Origin: Phoronis australis
Taxonomy: Eukaryota; Animalia; Phoronida
Assembly (NCBI GenBank): GCA_002633005.1
Contig: NMRA01000520.1
Coordinates: 21,255-83,946, forward strand
Direction: 5' to 3'
DNA: 62,692 bases
Positions 41,027 to 53,675 of the stretch are shown here, one piece after another. Both the position numbers and the translations under genes were made by a program. Within the stretch, counting starts at the first letter, position 1; every line of letters begins with the position of its first letter. Below the pieces are notes generated by a model. It had not been told where the DNA came from, did not search any database, and was given only the letters and a program-made list of their open reading frames with translations.

Positions 41027-41779
41027 GTCTCTCTAGGATCGCTTTGCAAATAAACTCGACAACAAAAGTCTAGTAAAACCGGGAGTATATTTCAAATGAA
41101 ATAGCTACATTAAATGATAACTTAAGTGATAAATCAAAAAGAGAAATAATAAGCAAAGGTTTAAAATCAACGTAATTAATATTGGGTGTGTTACAGAAAC
41201 TTAATACAAAAAATATTAGTTATTCATAAACGTCAGACGAAAAGGTAACGATTCGACAGGCTCTACTGGGTTTTCGAGACTTTGCAACCTCTGGAGGATT
41301 AGGTTGGAGTTGGGAAAGTCGGCTGGACACGTAAGCCTGAATCCTGTTACGGGTGTATGACAGGTTAAATCTCCAGCCTCCTGTTCGGACTTCAATTCTT
41401 TCATGAATACCCTCATTGACTCCTCATTCAAACCAATAGCTCCCCTTGTCAATGATTAGTACATTGTCGAAGTCAAAGCTGTGACCCGATCCCTAACAGT
41501 GGATAAACACGGCAGAGTCACGTGTCACCGTAGTTAGGAGACAAAGCTGGCACAACCGTGCATTCAAGGACTACTTAGTTTCACTTACACAAGCTTCAGG
41601 GCACTCTACACACTGTATTCTACATGTATAGACCACATTAGCTACCCTTTCCTTAGGTTGTTTGTCCTTAGAGTGCACGAGTTTTAGTCTCGAAGTGCCA
41701 ACAAGTTTGAAAAAAGTTGCAGTAACAAATTCCTGAAAACCGATGGCAATTGTTCAGAAAGTCTATTCCACATCTGAAA

Positions 41780-42520
41780 TATATATCCTTGCCCATGGTT
41801 AATCTGGTTGAGGAACGTCAATGTTGTTGATTCCCAATCTCGGTGTTCAACGGGTAACCTTGCCAAAGACCAAACGTGGGTATCCGCACATTTCCAAAGA
41901 GTTACTGAGTCTGTGTTTTTTTAATGTCTTGTCATTGTCGTCAGAGACAGTCAGGTCCACACGGTGATACAGTACAAGAGACGAATTACACCAAGTTTGT
42001 ACTAAATGGGATGTTGAAAGCCGAACTGTAAACTGTGAGACTCTAGAGACAGTTTTATCAAGAGATCCAGGTATGGGCAGGCAGAACTGGAATCATCAAA
42101 TGGTTAACAAAGCAGATAACCGCGTCCAGAATAACGACATAGTTGGTACAGTCTCTTATGGTTGACAAGGTGTGAGTTTTCTATTACATGTATCTACTAT
42201 ACGTAAGGCGACAAACGGGAAGGAGAGAGATATGGTGTAGTCTTTGTGGAATTAACTTTGTAGTGGGAAATATGGATACGGAAATCCCAGGAGAGGAAAG
42301 CTTTTAAGAGCAGCGACCTGAGGCATGAATTTTCAAGAAGTGGATGGAGCTGCATCTGTTTACTGGTTGAGGCAGAAGGGTAAGGTGGATTATGTCAAGG
42401 ATGCTGAAAATTTCAACTAATTCAAGCAAGCCTATGATCAAGTCAGTAGTAGCGGAAACGGGATCAGCATCATCATGGTTGTGGTTGCAGAAGACCAAAC
42501 AGTGGCAAACTCCCCGTTAA
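41780..42520 (+). mobile_element. Non-LTR retrotransposon (Hero/NeSL/R2-type), C-terminal fragment, decayed
   Basis: GRQNWNHQMVNKADNRVQNNDIVGTV (GRKW...HxDIVG motif); terminal SASSWLWLQK. Confidence 0.6.
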
Positions 42521-42739
42521 ACCGGAGCCTGATCAACTTTGTGGGTGGGGGCTAGCCTTGGTGCGCGTTCATGTTAAACATGCTGCAAAGACGTCATCGT
42601 GTTGATGATTGACGGGGGAGCAGAGAAACAACATCTCTTTAAAGTTAGTTTAACGATAGGAGAAGTCCAGTAACGTCTGGGAAAGGCCGGATGACAACTC
42701 GGGGAGACGAGTGACACTTGAAGGGACGAATGACGTCAG

Positions 42740-44350
42740 GGAAAGGCTGTCGGGCTGGAACTGTTAGCAACCCAATACCGAGTTCTCCATGGGAAAACAA
42801 TCTATTTTTTGCTATGAGTTTCAAACCCGAGGGTTCTCCAAGTGGCGGAACTGAAGATGAACCAAGAAATAAGTGGGCGATTATCATACAATGAAGTCGA
42901 ACTAAAAGATCATCTGGGTGAGATTCATAGCAACGCGAACCGGCTTGACAACTTAGAGGAGTTCGATTGGATGAATGAGGAAATTCCACCTGAACTTCAG
43001 TTTGACGTTGGACATAATAAGTTCTTTAAGTTAAAGAGTGTCGTCATGGAGGCCGAAGCCGATTCAGCCCCAGGTCTGTCTGACTCTAGTTACATGGTAT
43101 ACAAGAAGTGCTCGGGGCTATGAAGACTATTATGGAAGCTACTGAGAGGAGCCTAAAATCGAAGACACTTGCTGATCACTGGGGCGAGGCTAAGAGTTGT
43201 TAAACTTCAAAGAGCAAAGATGCAAAGCTATAAAAGACTACATGTACAGTTCAGGACAATTTCCCTGCTTGATGTAGAGTGCAAAATGTTCTTCGCAGTG
43301 ATTGCATCAAAAATTGTTAAGTACGCCCTGGGGGACGGATAAATTGAACATGCAGTACATACAGTGCAAGGACAGTCGAGTTGCCTGTTCTAACAGGGCT
43401 TATCGGTAATACAAAGGCAATCGTGTGGGACTAGGGCAGTTGTTTGCTTAGATTTAGAGAGTGCTTACATGTATGGTTCCATGTAACATTCACTGAGTAA
43501 AAATGCGGAAATGACATTTATTTTTTTAGAATGAGTTCAGAAGGCCATCAACGACTATTTAAACAGTACACTGATGCAATTTTCTACGATGGATTTTGCA
43601 ACAGATTTCAAGCCCTTGGAGACAGGATCTTACCGGGTGCCCCATTTCAGTCAGTTTATTTGTTCTTGCGATGGACTTCATAATTCGGTGAGCTAGCAAA
43701 GTCTGCAAGGCTGACTCCTTCCCTTGTGCCGTGCATTTGTTGATGACCTAACAGTAACCACATCAAGAGTGGTAGGAGCAGGACGGGTGTTGAAGAAACT
43801 AGAAGAGCTAATTGTTTGGGACAGGATAAAGTTGAAGGTGCACAAGTCAAGAAGTCTGGTTTTGATGAAAGGGAGAATGAACCAGCACCAAGCCTTCAGG
43901 ATGAACGGCGAGAAGATACCAACCCTGGGTGAGAATTTAGTGAAATATCTGGGCAAGGCGTACGAAAACACCTAAGCCAGTTCACAAATGCAATGGACAC
44001 AGTGACCCTGTTCAGGGAGAGCCTGTAAAAGATAAACAGTCGACTACATGGAACAGTGAACAAACCAGCTTATCAGGAAGATATTGTTGGAGGCACCAAT
44101 AAGTTTCACGTCGACAGTACCCCTTCTGCCAAGGTGTTTGGTTGAAGACTTCAGGGTGTCAAAAGCAAGAGAAATTCTCACAATCTGAGATTCCAAAGAC
44201 AGATTTGTTAGGTTAACGGAGATTCAGGAATCATCAGGAGGCAGAAAATGGAATCCTCAAGTGGTGTTAACAGGGCAGAGATCCGCCTCCGGCATAAGGG
44301 CATAGCTGGTACAGTCTGTTGTGGTTGGCAAGGTCTGGGTTTTGTACCAT
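42740..44350 (+). mobile_element. Non-LTR retrotransposon (Hero/NeSL/R2-type) reverse-transcriptase pseudogene
   Basis: SAPGLSDSSYMVYKKC, QFRTISLLDVECKMFF, LDLESAY(MY)GS, RAFVDDLTVTT, KSRSLVLMKG, VKYLGK, GRKWNP, RLRHKGIAGTVCCGWQGLG; stops and frameshifts. Confidence 0.85.
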
Positions 44351-44405
44351 CCACTAGATTTTTCACTTATCTGTTCCACTAGTCTTAAGACTTAGATCTT
44401 CCTTA

Positions 44406-47400
44406 TAGTCAGGTTCACCATGTCCAAACTTTGACATTCGTTGGAATTTTCTGGGGAAAGTGGAAATTTTTTTTGGAAAATTCATGGGATGACGAATCAG
44501 AAAGTAATTGATTCTATTTTTGGAGGCCATTTTGCTCAATGTCTCTGCACTTGGGTCACATAGAATGTTATTTTCTATGGAGACACCAGCATTTCTGGTG
44601 GCGCAGAATTGAACATTCTAATTTTTGGCGGCCGTCTTGGACTTTCAAAAATAGCACCCGTAAGATACATTTTGCTCATTATCTCTGCTTTTGGTTTTTT
44701 AATGCATATTATGAAATCTTCAGTACGATATATATACGGTACATGCCCAGAAAGCGCCAAGAGGAATTGTATATGGGTTAAATAAATAACAGAAAACCAT
44801 ATACAGTTATTATACACAAGTATATAATTTAAAAAATGACGTTAAGATTACAGTGACATATGTAAATAAATCCTTTTTACACAATAAATTGGTTCACATG
44901 TATACAATTTTATCGGGTCTCCTACAATGTTAGTTTTAATTGCTCCACCTTATTCTGAGGCAAGGAATTGAAAAATAAACCCACCTTTAACCATCAGGTA
45001 AGCAAAGGACCTCACTGTCAAACCGTACCACATACGTAGGGTCCGTAGCGACAATCCAAAACCACAAGTAAGCAAAAGAATACATGAATTTGTAGCCAAG
45101 GTGGAATCTCTGGCACATATCAGCCGACACGTCTTGATGCCTAGTAACTTTGGCAGTAACCAGGCTAAGGAATGAAGAGAACAGGGAGATCACATACTGG
45201 ACAGGTTTCAACTCACTGATCTGTACAAGCCAGTCTCTCACTGAGTTTGGTGGATTACCACTACTTCCAAAGGTGGCCCATGATTGGCCGATCCTGCTAA
45301 TAGTTGTTATGCAGACGAGACAGTTGAAGAGGCTGGTTGCTGGCGAGGCTCATTCAACTGTCATTTCATGTGACATGGGTCTACACCAGAGGGTTGTGCA
45401 GCTCCTGGATACCAGACCTGAACTAAAGCAAACAGTGAACCCAATAATTGGGGAATTGCATGCTAGAATGGCAGCTCAGATAGCTCTTGGGAAGTTCACA
45501 GGGCATTCCGGCATAGATGATGCCTAGGTAGAAGCCAACGTCTTTGGCACAGCAACAACTAGACAGATTCTAAAGTACACTCCCTACAAGCGCACTATCC
45601 TAGTCCACATTTACATGTTATCATAAACAACACTGTTTAAGATAGTCCTAGAGGAATTCATTAAAGGAAACCCATAAAGTGGGGGCCTTTTGCTGTGAGG
45701 CTCTAAATTCAGCATCAACAGCCTGTTTAGTGAAGAACAAAACCAAAAAAGGCCGAGAGCACAAAGCAAACTACCCACTATTTGCTGGAATTGTTGACAA
45801 CTGCCGAGACCCTTGAAACATTCAGAGAACGGGACAGCCAAAAGACCAGCCAATGCCATGTTTAAGTCCATGGTGAAATATCTGAATCGAGTCCAAACCA
45901 TCCAGGTATTTGTGGCAGCATCTCGAAATGCTGATTTGACACTGCATCTCCAGGCTGTTGGTGCCATGATAAAATTTCTCTTTGCTTTTGCTCGCATCAA
46001 GTACAAAAGATTCCGGCCTACATACATTGATGATATGCAAGACCTAAGAACCAACCGCCACGGTGTCTGGACTGAACTTGGAACAGGCATCTCAGCAAAA
46101 CCGAAATCCCATTTGTGTCCTTTGGTGCAGACCTCAAGAGGATGATGAAGGCCCATTCTGTACTGACCGGTATTTCCAACAATGCCAATGAGATTCTTCA
46201 TATCTGTCTACAGACTCTGCCAATTAGTCAAGATGGACAATTTGCAACAGGCGTCCTCTACGCTTTGACGAAAACAATCACGAAGAAGGAGATGCGTTGG
46301 TAATACTTCATGCAGTCCTGTCATCCCATCAAAACGTCCCTGATTCTCAGCTGGTACTTTTTTCACCTGACACAGATGTTCTGGTACTCGGCATTTCCTA
46401 CTATAACCGGCTTCTCAGAAATACTTCAGTCGCAATGGCATCTGGGATTGTGGACATAAATCCAATATGGACAGCACTAGGTGCTGCCCAGACAAACCCT
46501 CCTCGGGCTTTCCATGCTTTACGGGGGCAGACAACACTGGTCGGTTCTCCAGGATAGGCAAAACAACATGGTTGAATATATACATGTAGCTGGAGGCGGA
46601 CAGTGATTTTGTCTCTACATTACTCTTTGCACTGCTTATCAAGTAACAGGTGAACTCCTTTTTCACATAAGCCCGTTTTACATGTGCTGCATACTCACCA
46701 CAGGGTGTTGACATAGATAGTATCCACGAGCTGAGATGGTACCTCTTCTGCAAACATACGGCTTACGGCGACAAACTTCCACCAGTCAATGGTGCTTTGA
46801 ACAGGATGTGCTGAGAATGTTTATTGAAGCCAGAGTGTGGGGCGCGGTAGCCATTGTTCGACAGAAGTTCCTTGACCCGTTGCAGAAAATGGGTTTTACA
46901 AGGAAAAAAAGACGACCAACTGACACCTCTCACAACTGAGGAGGTTCCGGCAACAGGTGCTTTCATTTAGATGGTTAGATTTCAATGCAAAAGACATTGT
47001 TCCTCCCAACGATGCTCTCGTCGATCAAAGGGCCTACCTTGCACACATCCGTCAGTGTTGTCCAGAATGTCAGAATCTTAAACTCTTATAATGCCGTCAT
47101 TCCTGGTGCCAACGATGACAGAGATGGTGACAGTGATGATCTGTAGACTGATTTCAAAGTTTTGAAAGACTATTGACACTACAATAAAGATACTCTCATG
47201 TTCTGCAAACGTGAATAGGTTTATAGGTAGTGGTTGAATTTAAGTGCGTTGATGGAAATAAATCCGAACGAAATATGCAAGTAGTAAGACCACAAACATT
47301 TTTAAGTCTTGTAAGCTAGTGTGCATATGTTTTAAAATACATGATGAACGCATTTACAAAATGTGGCTGCTAATAAACGGGTTTTGGATTATATTTCACA

Positions 47401-47646
47401 TTTAATAAGTTGCATTTTCGGATTCTTTGACTACAAAATGTGAGTGCCGCCATTAAAATTAACATTCTAAGTCACCCAAGAGCAGAGATACTGAACAAAA
47501 TGTATGTTACCGGTGCAATTTTGAAATTCCAAGATGGCCGCCAAGATGGCCGCCAAAAAGGCATCTATTACTTTCTGATTTGCTATTCCATGAGGTTTCC
47601 ACTTTCCACCAAAAAACTCAGCAAAATTACACAACAAACCTGACTA
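44406..47646 (+). mobile_element. Academ (AcademX-type) DNA transposon relic with TIRs and 3-bp TSD
   Basis: Termini TAGTCAGGTT...AACCTGACTA flanked by TTA on both sides; long imperfect TIRs; decayed ORF with WTGFNS, IGELH, SGIDDA, NHEEGD, SPDTDVLVL, GADNTGRFSRIGKTTW, ELRWYLF, LPP and Cys cluster CKRHCSSQRCS (XPG-like + Cys finger). Confidence 0.8.
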
Positions 47647-47649
47647 TTA

Positions 47650-47965
47650 ACTGACAGTAAGCAATCAAAGAACGCGTTCACACCGTCTCTAGCCTCCTTC
47701 TCAGTAATGAGAGAAAATTGCTTTTCAGACTGTTCAATGATCCTAAAAGTGTTATTAACGTATCTGAACCAAACTCTTGGTTTCACGTTAGCATAAGTGC
47801 GTGTTGACGACAATAGGGGATACAGAGGATACCACGACGCATACATTTGTTGCTCAAATGAAAAATATAGTGCCTTGACAAATCTGCAGAAGATCACTCA
47901 CATCCGTAGCAGATAAACTTGTTCTTGGCCAGAGTTGGTGGTCATTGCAGAGGCGTTCATGAATC
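47650..47965 (-). mobile_element. Penelope-like element RT fragment (inverted); continues at ~44360-44402 beyond the Academ insertion
   Basis: IHERLCNDHQLWPRTSLS...YFSFEQQMY...KPRVWFRYVNNTF...FFDCLLSV|KEDLSLKTS once Academ is removed. Confidence 0.75.
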
Positions 47966-48210
47966 ACGGCAACAGCTACTCGGTTACACACCATGTTGCC
48001 AAGTTCGTTGCTGACATTTTGTCTCCCCTAGTCGGCCAATCAGTCCATCACAATGTCAACATTCAGAATCTTGTGGAAAAGGTGAGCGATAGTTTTCTGG
48101 AAGAAGACGCGCTTTTCACATCCTATGGCGTTTTTTCTTGTATATACCCACCTGCTGCAAGGATTCATGAACGCCTCTGTAATGACCAAAAACTGTCCGC
48201 AAGGACGGGG
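47966..48210 (+). mobile_element. Penelope-like element RT N-proximal fragment
   Basis: SVTHHVAKFVADILSPLVGQSVHHNVNIQNLVEKV...LFTSYGV...IHERLCND. Confidence 0.75.
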
Positions 48211-48623
48211 GACACTTGTTGGTACACCGAAGTACAGAACCAAAACAATATGTACCGATGGCCGGTCGGCGCATCGACCCATGAGTGACCCTCAGGTGCT
48301 TGCATGCCAAAGCGCTTGTTATCAATCATAACTATTTGTTTATGGAATCCTACGTAACACTTAAATAATATGGACAACGTAGTTATTGAACCCTTTTATC
48401 TGACGGTAAACAACACATATCTCCACTGTCCCCTGCAGGACCCAGGCAACAAAATCTGATACAGTGTATTGATTTTGTTCACATACCCCTAGGCAGGATA
48501 ACAATTTTAAAACATTCAATCATGAAACCAATCACTGCGGTGATCACGGCTACAATTCGTGCGGAACAAAAATTGAACAATTTTTTGAAAACAAATCAAT
48601 TACTTACAGGCAAATTGTGGAAT

Positions 48624-50728
48624 TCTATATAATTTTTTTTCACACTTGACATGTGCGCACGCGGGGGGGCTCCTTTGAGCCCTCCCCCATTTGGCGAAGT
48701 TGACAAAAAGGTCCTCCTCAGAGTAAAAAACGAGACAAAAGTCCACTAAAAAGTTAGGAAAAAACAGAATTGGGCGAATGCACAATTCAAAGCTCTGAAC
48801 GCACCCCGTGAATCTTAGTGAAAGGTACATATTCTACAAAATTTGAGCCCCCATTCTTTAAACTGGGTGCGCGCACGCACTGAGGTTATTCATAAGATCA
48901 TCCTGGACGGGAAAATGGACAAAACATTGTTTTTTACCGTTAGTGATCTAGTCTTCCTCAACAGGACAAGTTCCATTGCAAGACTAGCCCGCGATCATTA
49001 CACTTCAAACACCATTGTACATGTACGTGGATCCATTTTCGGAGCACAAGAGACGCGGGGAAAATTTCGAAAAATCATATGAAATTGGCAACTTCTCAAT
49101 ACTCTCGGTCGTCCTTAGGCTATCCAAAAACTCTATGACTAAATGAATTTTCCTGCAAATTTGACTTAAAAATGAGCTGGGCACTTACATGTACAGGCGA
49201 TCGTTTACATAGCCTGAACGGAGCGAACTTCAAAGTTCAAGACACGGGAAAATTTTTCACCAATGACGCTGATACTTGGCAGTAACCAATGGTGGATTTA
49301 GAGTGGGGAGCCAAGGGTGTCATGTCCCCTTCCCCTAAAATTCTCCCTCCCAGATTCCATTTGGCAATCCGGGGGTGCGAATGTCTGTTTGGCAAAATCC
49401 TGGCTAATACTCTCCCCTGCCCCCAACCCCCCAACTCAAAATCCTGTATCCGCCCCAGGTAACAAAACTTAACATACATGTACACTCTCTGCCACAGACT
49501 TTCAGCAAATTGTGCAGTTATCTCCCATGACTTCTAATTTACTGATAATAGTTCATTACTGTGTATTTCTTATGGAGGGCTGCTGGCAAGACTTAGCACG
49601 TTACAAATTTTTGGCCAAAGAAAAGAGAGCGCTCGACACCAATGCTGGAATAAAACCAAGGGTTTGGTTGAGAGACGATGACGATACTTTTGAGATTATT
49701 AAATAGTCTGAAAAGCAAAACTTTTCTCTCGTTGAACAACATAAACGGATANTCTATATAATTTTTTTTCACACTTGACATGTGCGCACGCGGGGGGGCT
49801 CCTTCGAGAATCTTAGTCAAAGGTACATATTCTACAAAATTTGAGCCCCCATTCTTTAGACTGGGTGCGCGCACGCACTGAGGTTATTCATAAGATCATC
49901 CTGGACGGGAAAATGGACAAAACATTGTTTTTTACCGTTAGTGATCTAGTCTTCCTCAACAGGACAAATTCCATTGCAAGACTAGCCCGCGATCATTACA
50001 CTTCAAACACCATTGTACATGTACGTGGATCCATTTTCGGAGCACAAGAGACGCGGGAAAAATTTCGAAAAATCATATGAAATTTGCAACTTCTCAATAC
50101 TCTCGGTCGTCCTTAGGCTATCCAAAAACTCTATGACTAAATGAATTTTCCTGCAAATTTGACTTAAAAATGAGCTGGGCACTTACATGTACAGGCGATC
50201 GTTTACATAGCCTGAACGGAGCAAACTTCAAAGTTCAAGACACGGGAAAAATTTTCACCAATGACGCTGATACTTGGCAGTAACCAATGGTGGATTTAGA
50301 GTGGGGAGCCAAGGGTGTCATGTCCCCTTCCCCTAAAATTCTCCCTCCCAGATTCCATTTGGCAATCCGGGGGTGCGAATATCTGTTTGGCAAAATCCTG
50401 GCTAATACTCTGCCCTGCCCCCAACCCCCCAACTCAAAATCCTGTATCCGCCCCAGGTAACAAAACTTAACATACATTTACACTCTCTGCCACAGACTTT
50501 CAGCAAATTGTGCAGTTATCTCCCATGACTTCTAATTTACTGATAATAGTTCATTACTGTGTATTTCTTATGGAGGGCTGCTGGCAAGACTTAGCACGTT
50601 ACAAATTTTTGGCCAAAGAAAAGAGAGCGCTCAACAGGGTTTGGTTGAGAGACGATGACGATACTTTTGAGATTATTAAATAGTCTGAAAAGCAAAACTT
50701 TTCTCTCGTTAAACAACATAAACGGATA
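48624..50728 (+). repeat. ~1.1-kb tandem duplication (48624-49751 / 49753-50728) joined by one N
   Basis: Near-identical copies; second lacks ~130 bp and ~20 bp; junction at N 49752. Confidence 0.9.
48655..48880 (+). repeat. Dispersed repeat family (also ~53990-54110 minus, ~57955-58170 minus, ~62345-62565 plus)
   Basis: Shared catttggcgaagt...aaaaaggtcctcct...aaacgagacaaaagtc...ctgggtgcgc. Confidence 0.65.
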
Positions 50729-50729
50729 T

Positions 50730-51440
50730 ATGAGAAACACAAGATTCGTGATTCCCTGGAAAGGTACAGGTACCCACGTTGGGTCTTTAGCAAGGCTACC
50801 CGTAGAACACTCCGATTGGAAATTAACAACATTGACGCTCCTCAACCTGACCGACTATTGGCGAGGATACCTATTCCTTATGTAGAAAGAGATTCTGAAC
50901 AACTACTACCTGTGTTCAACACATTTGATATCACCAAGTCTTTCAAACCTGTTGGCACTTTGAGACAAGAACTCGTGAACCCTACGGACAAACAACCTAA
51001 GAAAAAGATAGCTGGTGTGGTCTATGGAACAGTGTGGAGAGTGCCCTGAAACCTATGTTGGTAAAACTAAGCAGTCCTAGAAAATACGATTGTCCCAACA
51101 TCGTCGGCCTAGCTCCGGTAACACTTATGACTCTTATGCCGTGTGTACCCACTGCCAGGGATCCAGCCACAGCTTTGACCTTGACAATGTACTAATCATT
51201 GACAAGGAGAAAAATTGATCTGAACAGGGAGTCAAAGAGTATAAACACGAAAGAATTAAGAATCCGTCAAGGAAGCGAGCTTCAACTTACCAAGCACCTG
51301 AGACAGGATTCTGGCTAAAGTTTCCCGCCGATTTTCTGAACTCTGACCGGAATCCACCAGAGGTTGCACTGGCTTGAAAAAGCCAGCAGTGGCTGAAAAA
51401 GTTGCGTATTTATCTAAGTAAGACCTATGTTGCTTGCTAA
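50730..51440 (+). mobile_element. Penelope-like element GIY-YIG endonuclease end and 3' region
   Basis: IPIPYVERDSEQL...FKPVGTLRQELVNPTDK...GVVYG...CPETYVGKTK...RLSQHRR...HSFDLDNVLIIDKE. Confidence 0.8.
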
Positions 51441-51473
51441 CAGTCCTTTTGATGTGGACGCTATTGATGTGAT

Positions 51474-52035
51474 TTAGCGATGTTCCATAGATTTCACAAG
51501 AGTGGCTGGGACATCTGTAGGTCCAGATCCGGATGAAACAGGAAGCGAAAGGATGCTGACTTCCGAATCACTGCTAGTCAAGCTCGCAGGTTTAACATAA
51601 AGCATCGATGTTTTCTGGCCATGGAGTCCAGGGGAGGAGGTAGTAGATCTCTCGCTTGGACATGACTGGGCTTCCTCAGGAGCTGAGTGATCGGTGTTGA
51701 ATCCCCATGCGCGTGGATTGAATTGCGTGTCACTGGGTGCTCCGTCGATCCAAGTTGGATATGTGGTGTCTGTGAGCGGTTCACTCAGTTCAGCTTCAAG
51801 CCCTTTTCTGAACTCCATCTCTGATGGTGACAATTTCGGCTCTGGGGAATTGCTGCTTGGCAGCTTGTCGTGGGATGTCTTCTCGTACTCGGCATTGGAA
51901 TAGCTAGTGCAAGGGACGTACAAGACTGTAGAACTTGAACCGGGGCTGTCAGGAAAGCACAGCTTAGACAGTAGGACTGGGTCAAGTCTGACGCTGTCAG
52001 TCTGCGTGCTCTTAACACTTGTTTGTGGTACTCCA
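51474..52035 (-). CDS. Uncharacterised helical protein, last exon (Ser/Pro/Thr-rich tail)
   Basis: ttttcgtttcag acceptor; 562 nt open in the phase set by exon 6: GVPQTSVKSTQTDSVRLDPVLLSKLCFPDSPGSSSTVLYVPC...KSMEHR-stop. Confidence 0.72.
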
Positions 52036-52734
52036 CTGAAACGAAAAATATTTGTTTCGAGGTTAAGGCAATGACCAAAATTTTTGGGATAAAGTTGTTC
52101 CTAACGACATTTTTGCTTTCCTCATTTTATACTCCTGCAAGAAGTGTGGTTCGATCACTAAAACGTTTTTATTTTCTTTACATTTCAGTGCTTGGGCGAG
52201 GCCACTTTTGTTTTAGGAAATACTAATTTCGTCTGGGAAATTGTGATTGAAGAAGCCAGTTTGAGAACATATTTATCGTCGGTCTCGCGCGGGGAACCAA
52301 ACTTAACTTGAATTCAGAGCTACTACCTTAGCTAATTACAAGTTTTGTTTTGAGGTCGAGTCCAAACGGTTGCACCTGATTATAACGAACCGGTGTTAGT
52401 ATTTTTACGTAAACATGTACCCATTCAGAGGTCAATTTTGTTGTGACTTCAAGAAAGATGGATCCAAGATGTAAACAGTTTTTTAAATTCCTTGGCGGGT
52501 TAGAAGCACATAACATTTTCTCTCACTGCTGTGATGATCTTCGGGTGACATGTATTCATGTTGTGCACAGCAAATACATGTAGCCTATCTAACCTTAATC
52601 TATGTGATGCAGTGGCTGATTAAAGTTGGCTCCGCGAGGAGAATAGCAAACAATTTTGCACACTGATGAGGAAAGTGTATAATATAGATTTGTTACTACT
52701 TCTATCCGATTTAGTATTGGCAAGACTTAGTTAC

Positions 52735-52838
52735 CGTCCCAGCAGGGAGTCAGTTGATGTAATGCGCATGACCGTGTCGATGGCAGCGTCGGCCTCCTTA
52801 ATAGTTCTGTCGAATTTTTGGTCAGCTTTTTTATGGAG
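52735..52838 (-). CDS. Uncharacterised helical protein, exon 6
   Basis: LHKKADQKFDRTIKEADAAIDTVMRITSTDSLLG(R); tttgcag / GTAACT phase 2. Confidence 0.72.
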
Positions 52839-53172
52839 CTGCAAATATATCAATAGGAAAAGTGTTATGAAAAACAACACTTGCTTGAGTCTACAGATTG
52901 GAGACATTCTGTTTCATGTATGTGGGTAATCGAGACTTTTGCAAAGGCGTTCATGCACGACATTCATCAGAATAGAATGTTTGCAGTTTAAAGGCTGCTC
53001 TTGAAACGTGTCGCTGTATCAATTAGAAACAGCAATCACACATACTAATCGATATCATATTAACTAACAAGGAAAAAGTAGATCATACAATCCAATGTAC
53101 TCGAGTTTTTAACATTTCTCCCAAGATATCCCTAGAACAAGCTCTTCGTATTTGCTTTTACGCAGCGCTCAC

Positions 53173-53343
53173 CTCGGCACATTCCGTGATCAGACTTTGG
53201 TTGGCGTTTTCATACATAGCTTTCGTCACTTGGTTATTTGTGACGTTGTTCTTTGAAGCCACCCAGGTTTGACGGTGGACTCGGGCCGTTGTCCTGTACC
53301 TCATGTCCATTTTCTTGTGACTTTCCGCCAGCCGAGGCTCTTC
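53173..53343 (-). CDS. Uncharacterised helical protein, exon 5 (5' boundary uncertain)
   Basis: EEPRLAESHKKMDMRYRTTARVHRQTWVASKNNVTNNQVTKAMYENANQSLITECAE; strong GAG|GTGAGC donor, AAG acceptor. Confidence 0.6.
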
Positions 53344-53675
53344 CTTCAATAGAGAACACGGCAAAATTGTGCAAGAATGCATGTCCCACGCGTGCACATC
53401 GCGCGAAAGAAGCAGTGAGATATTGGCCAGGACAGAATGTACCGATCACACGTGGTGGATAGAACTGTGAGAGAAGGTTGGTTAAACAAACCCAACACAG
53501 GGTCATTCTGTTGAAATAACGTCCGCGGTAAGGCATTCGTACCAAATTCATTAAAGGTTAATGTAAATAATTAGACAGAGCACAATAAAATCAGGCACAT
53601 TTGGTGTTTTCAATATCCAAGCAGTAAAGAGATGAGAGGGCACAGTAGGTGAGAGATCTTGTTAATACTGTGTAC

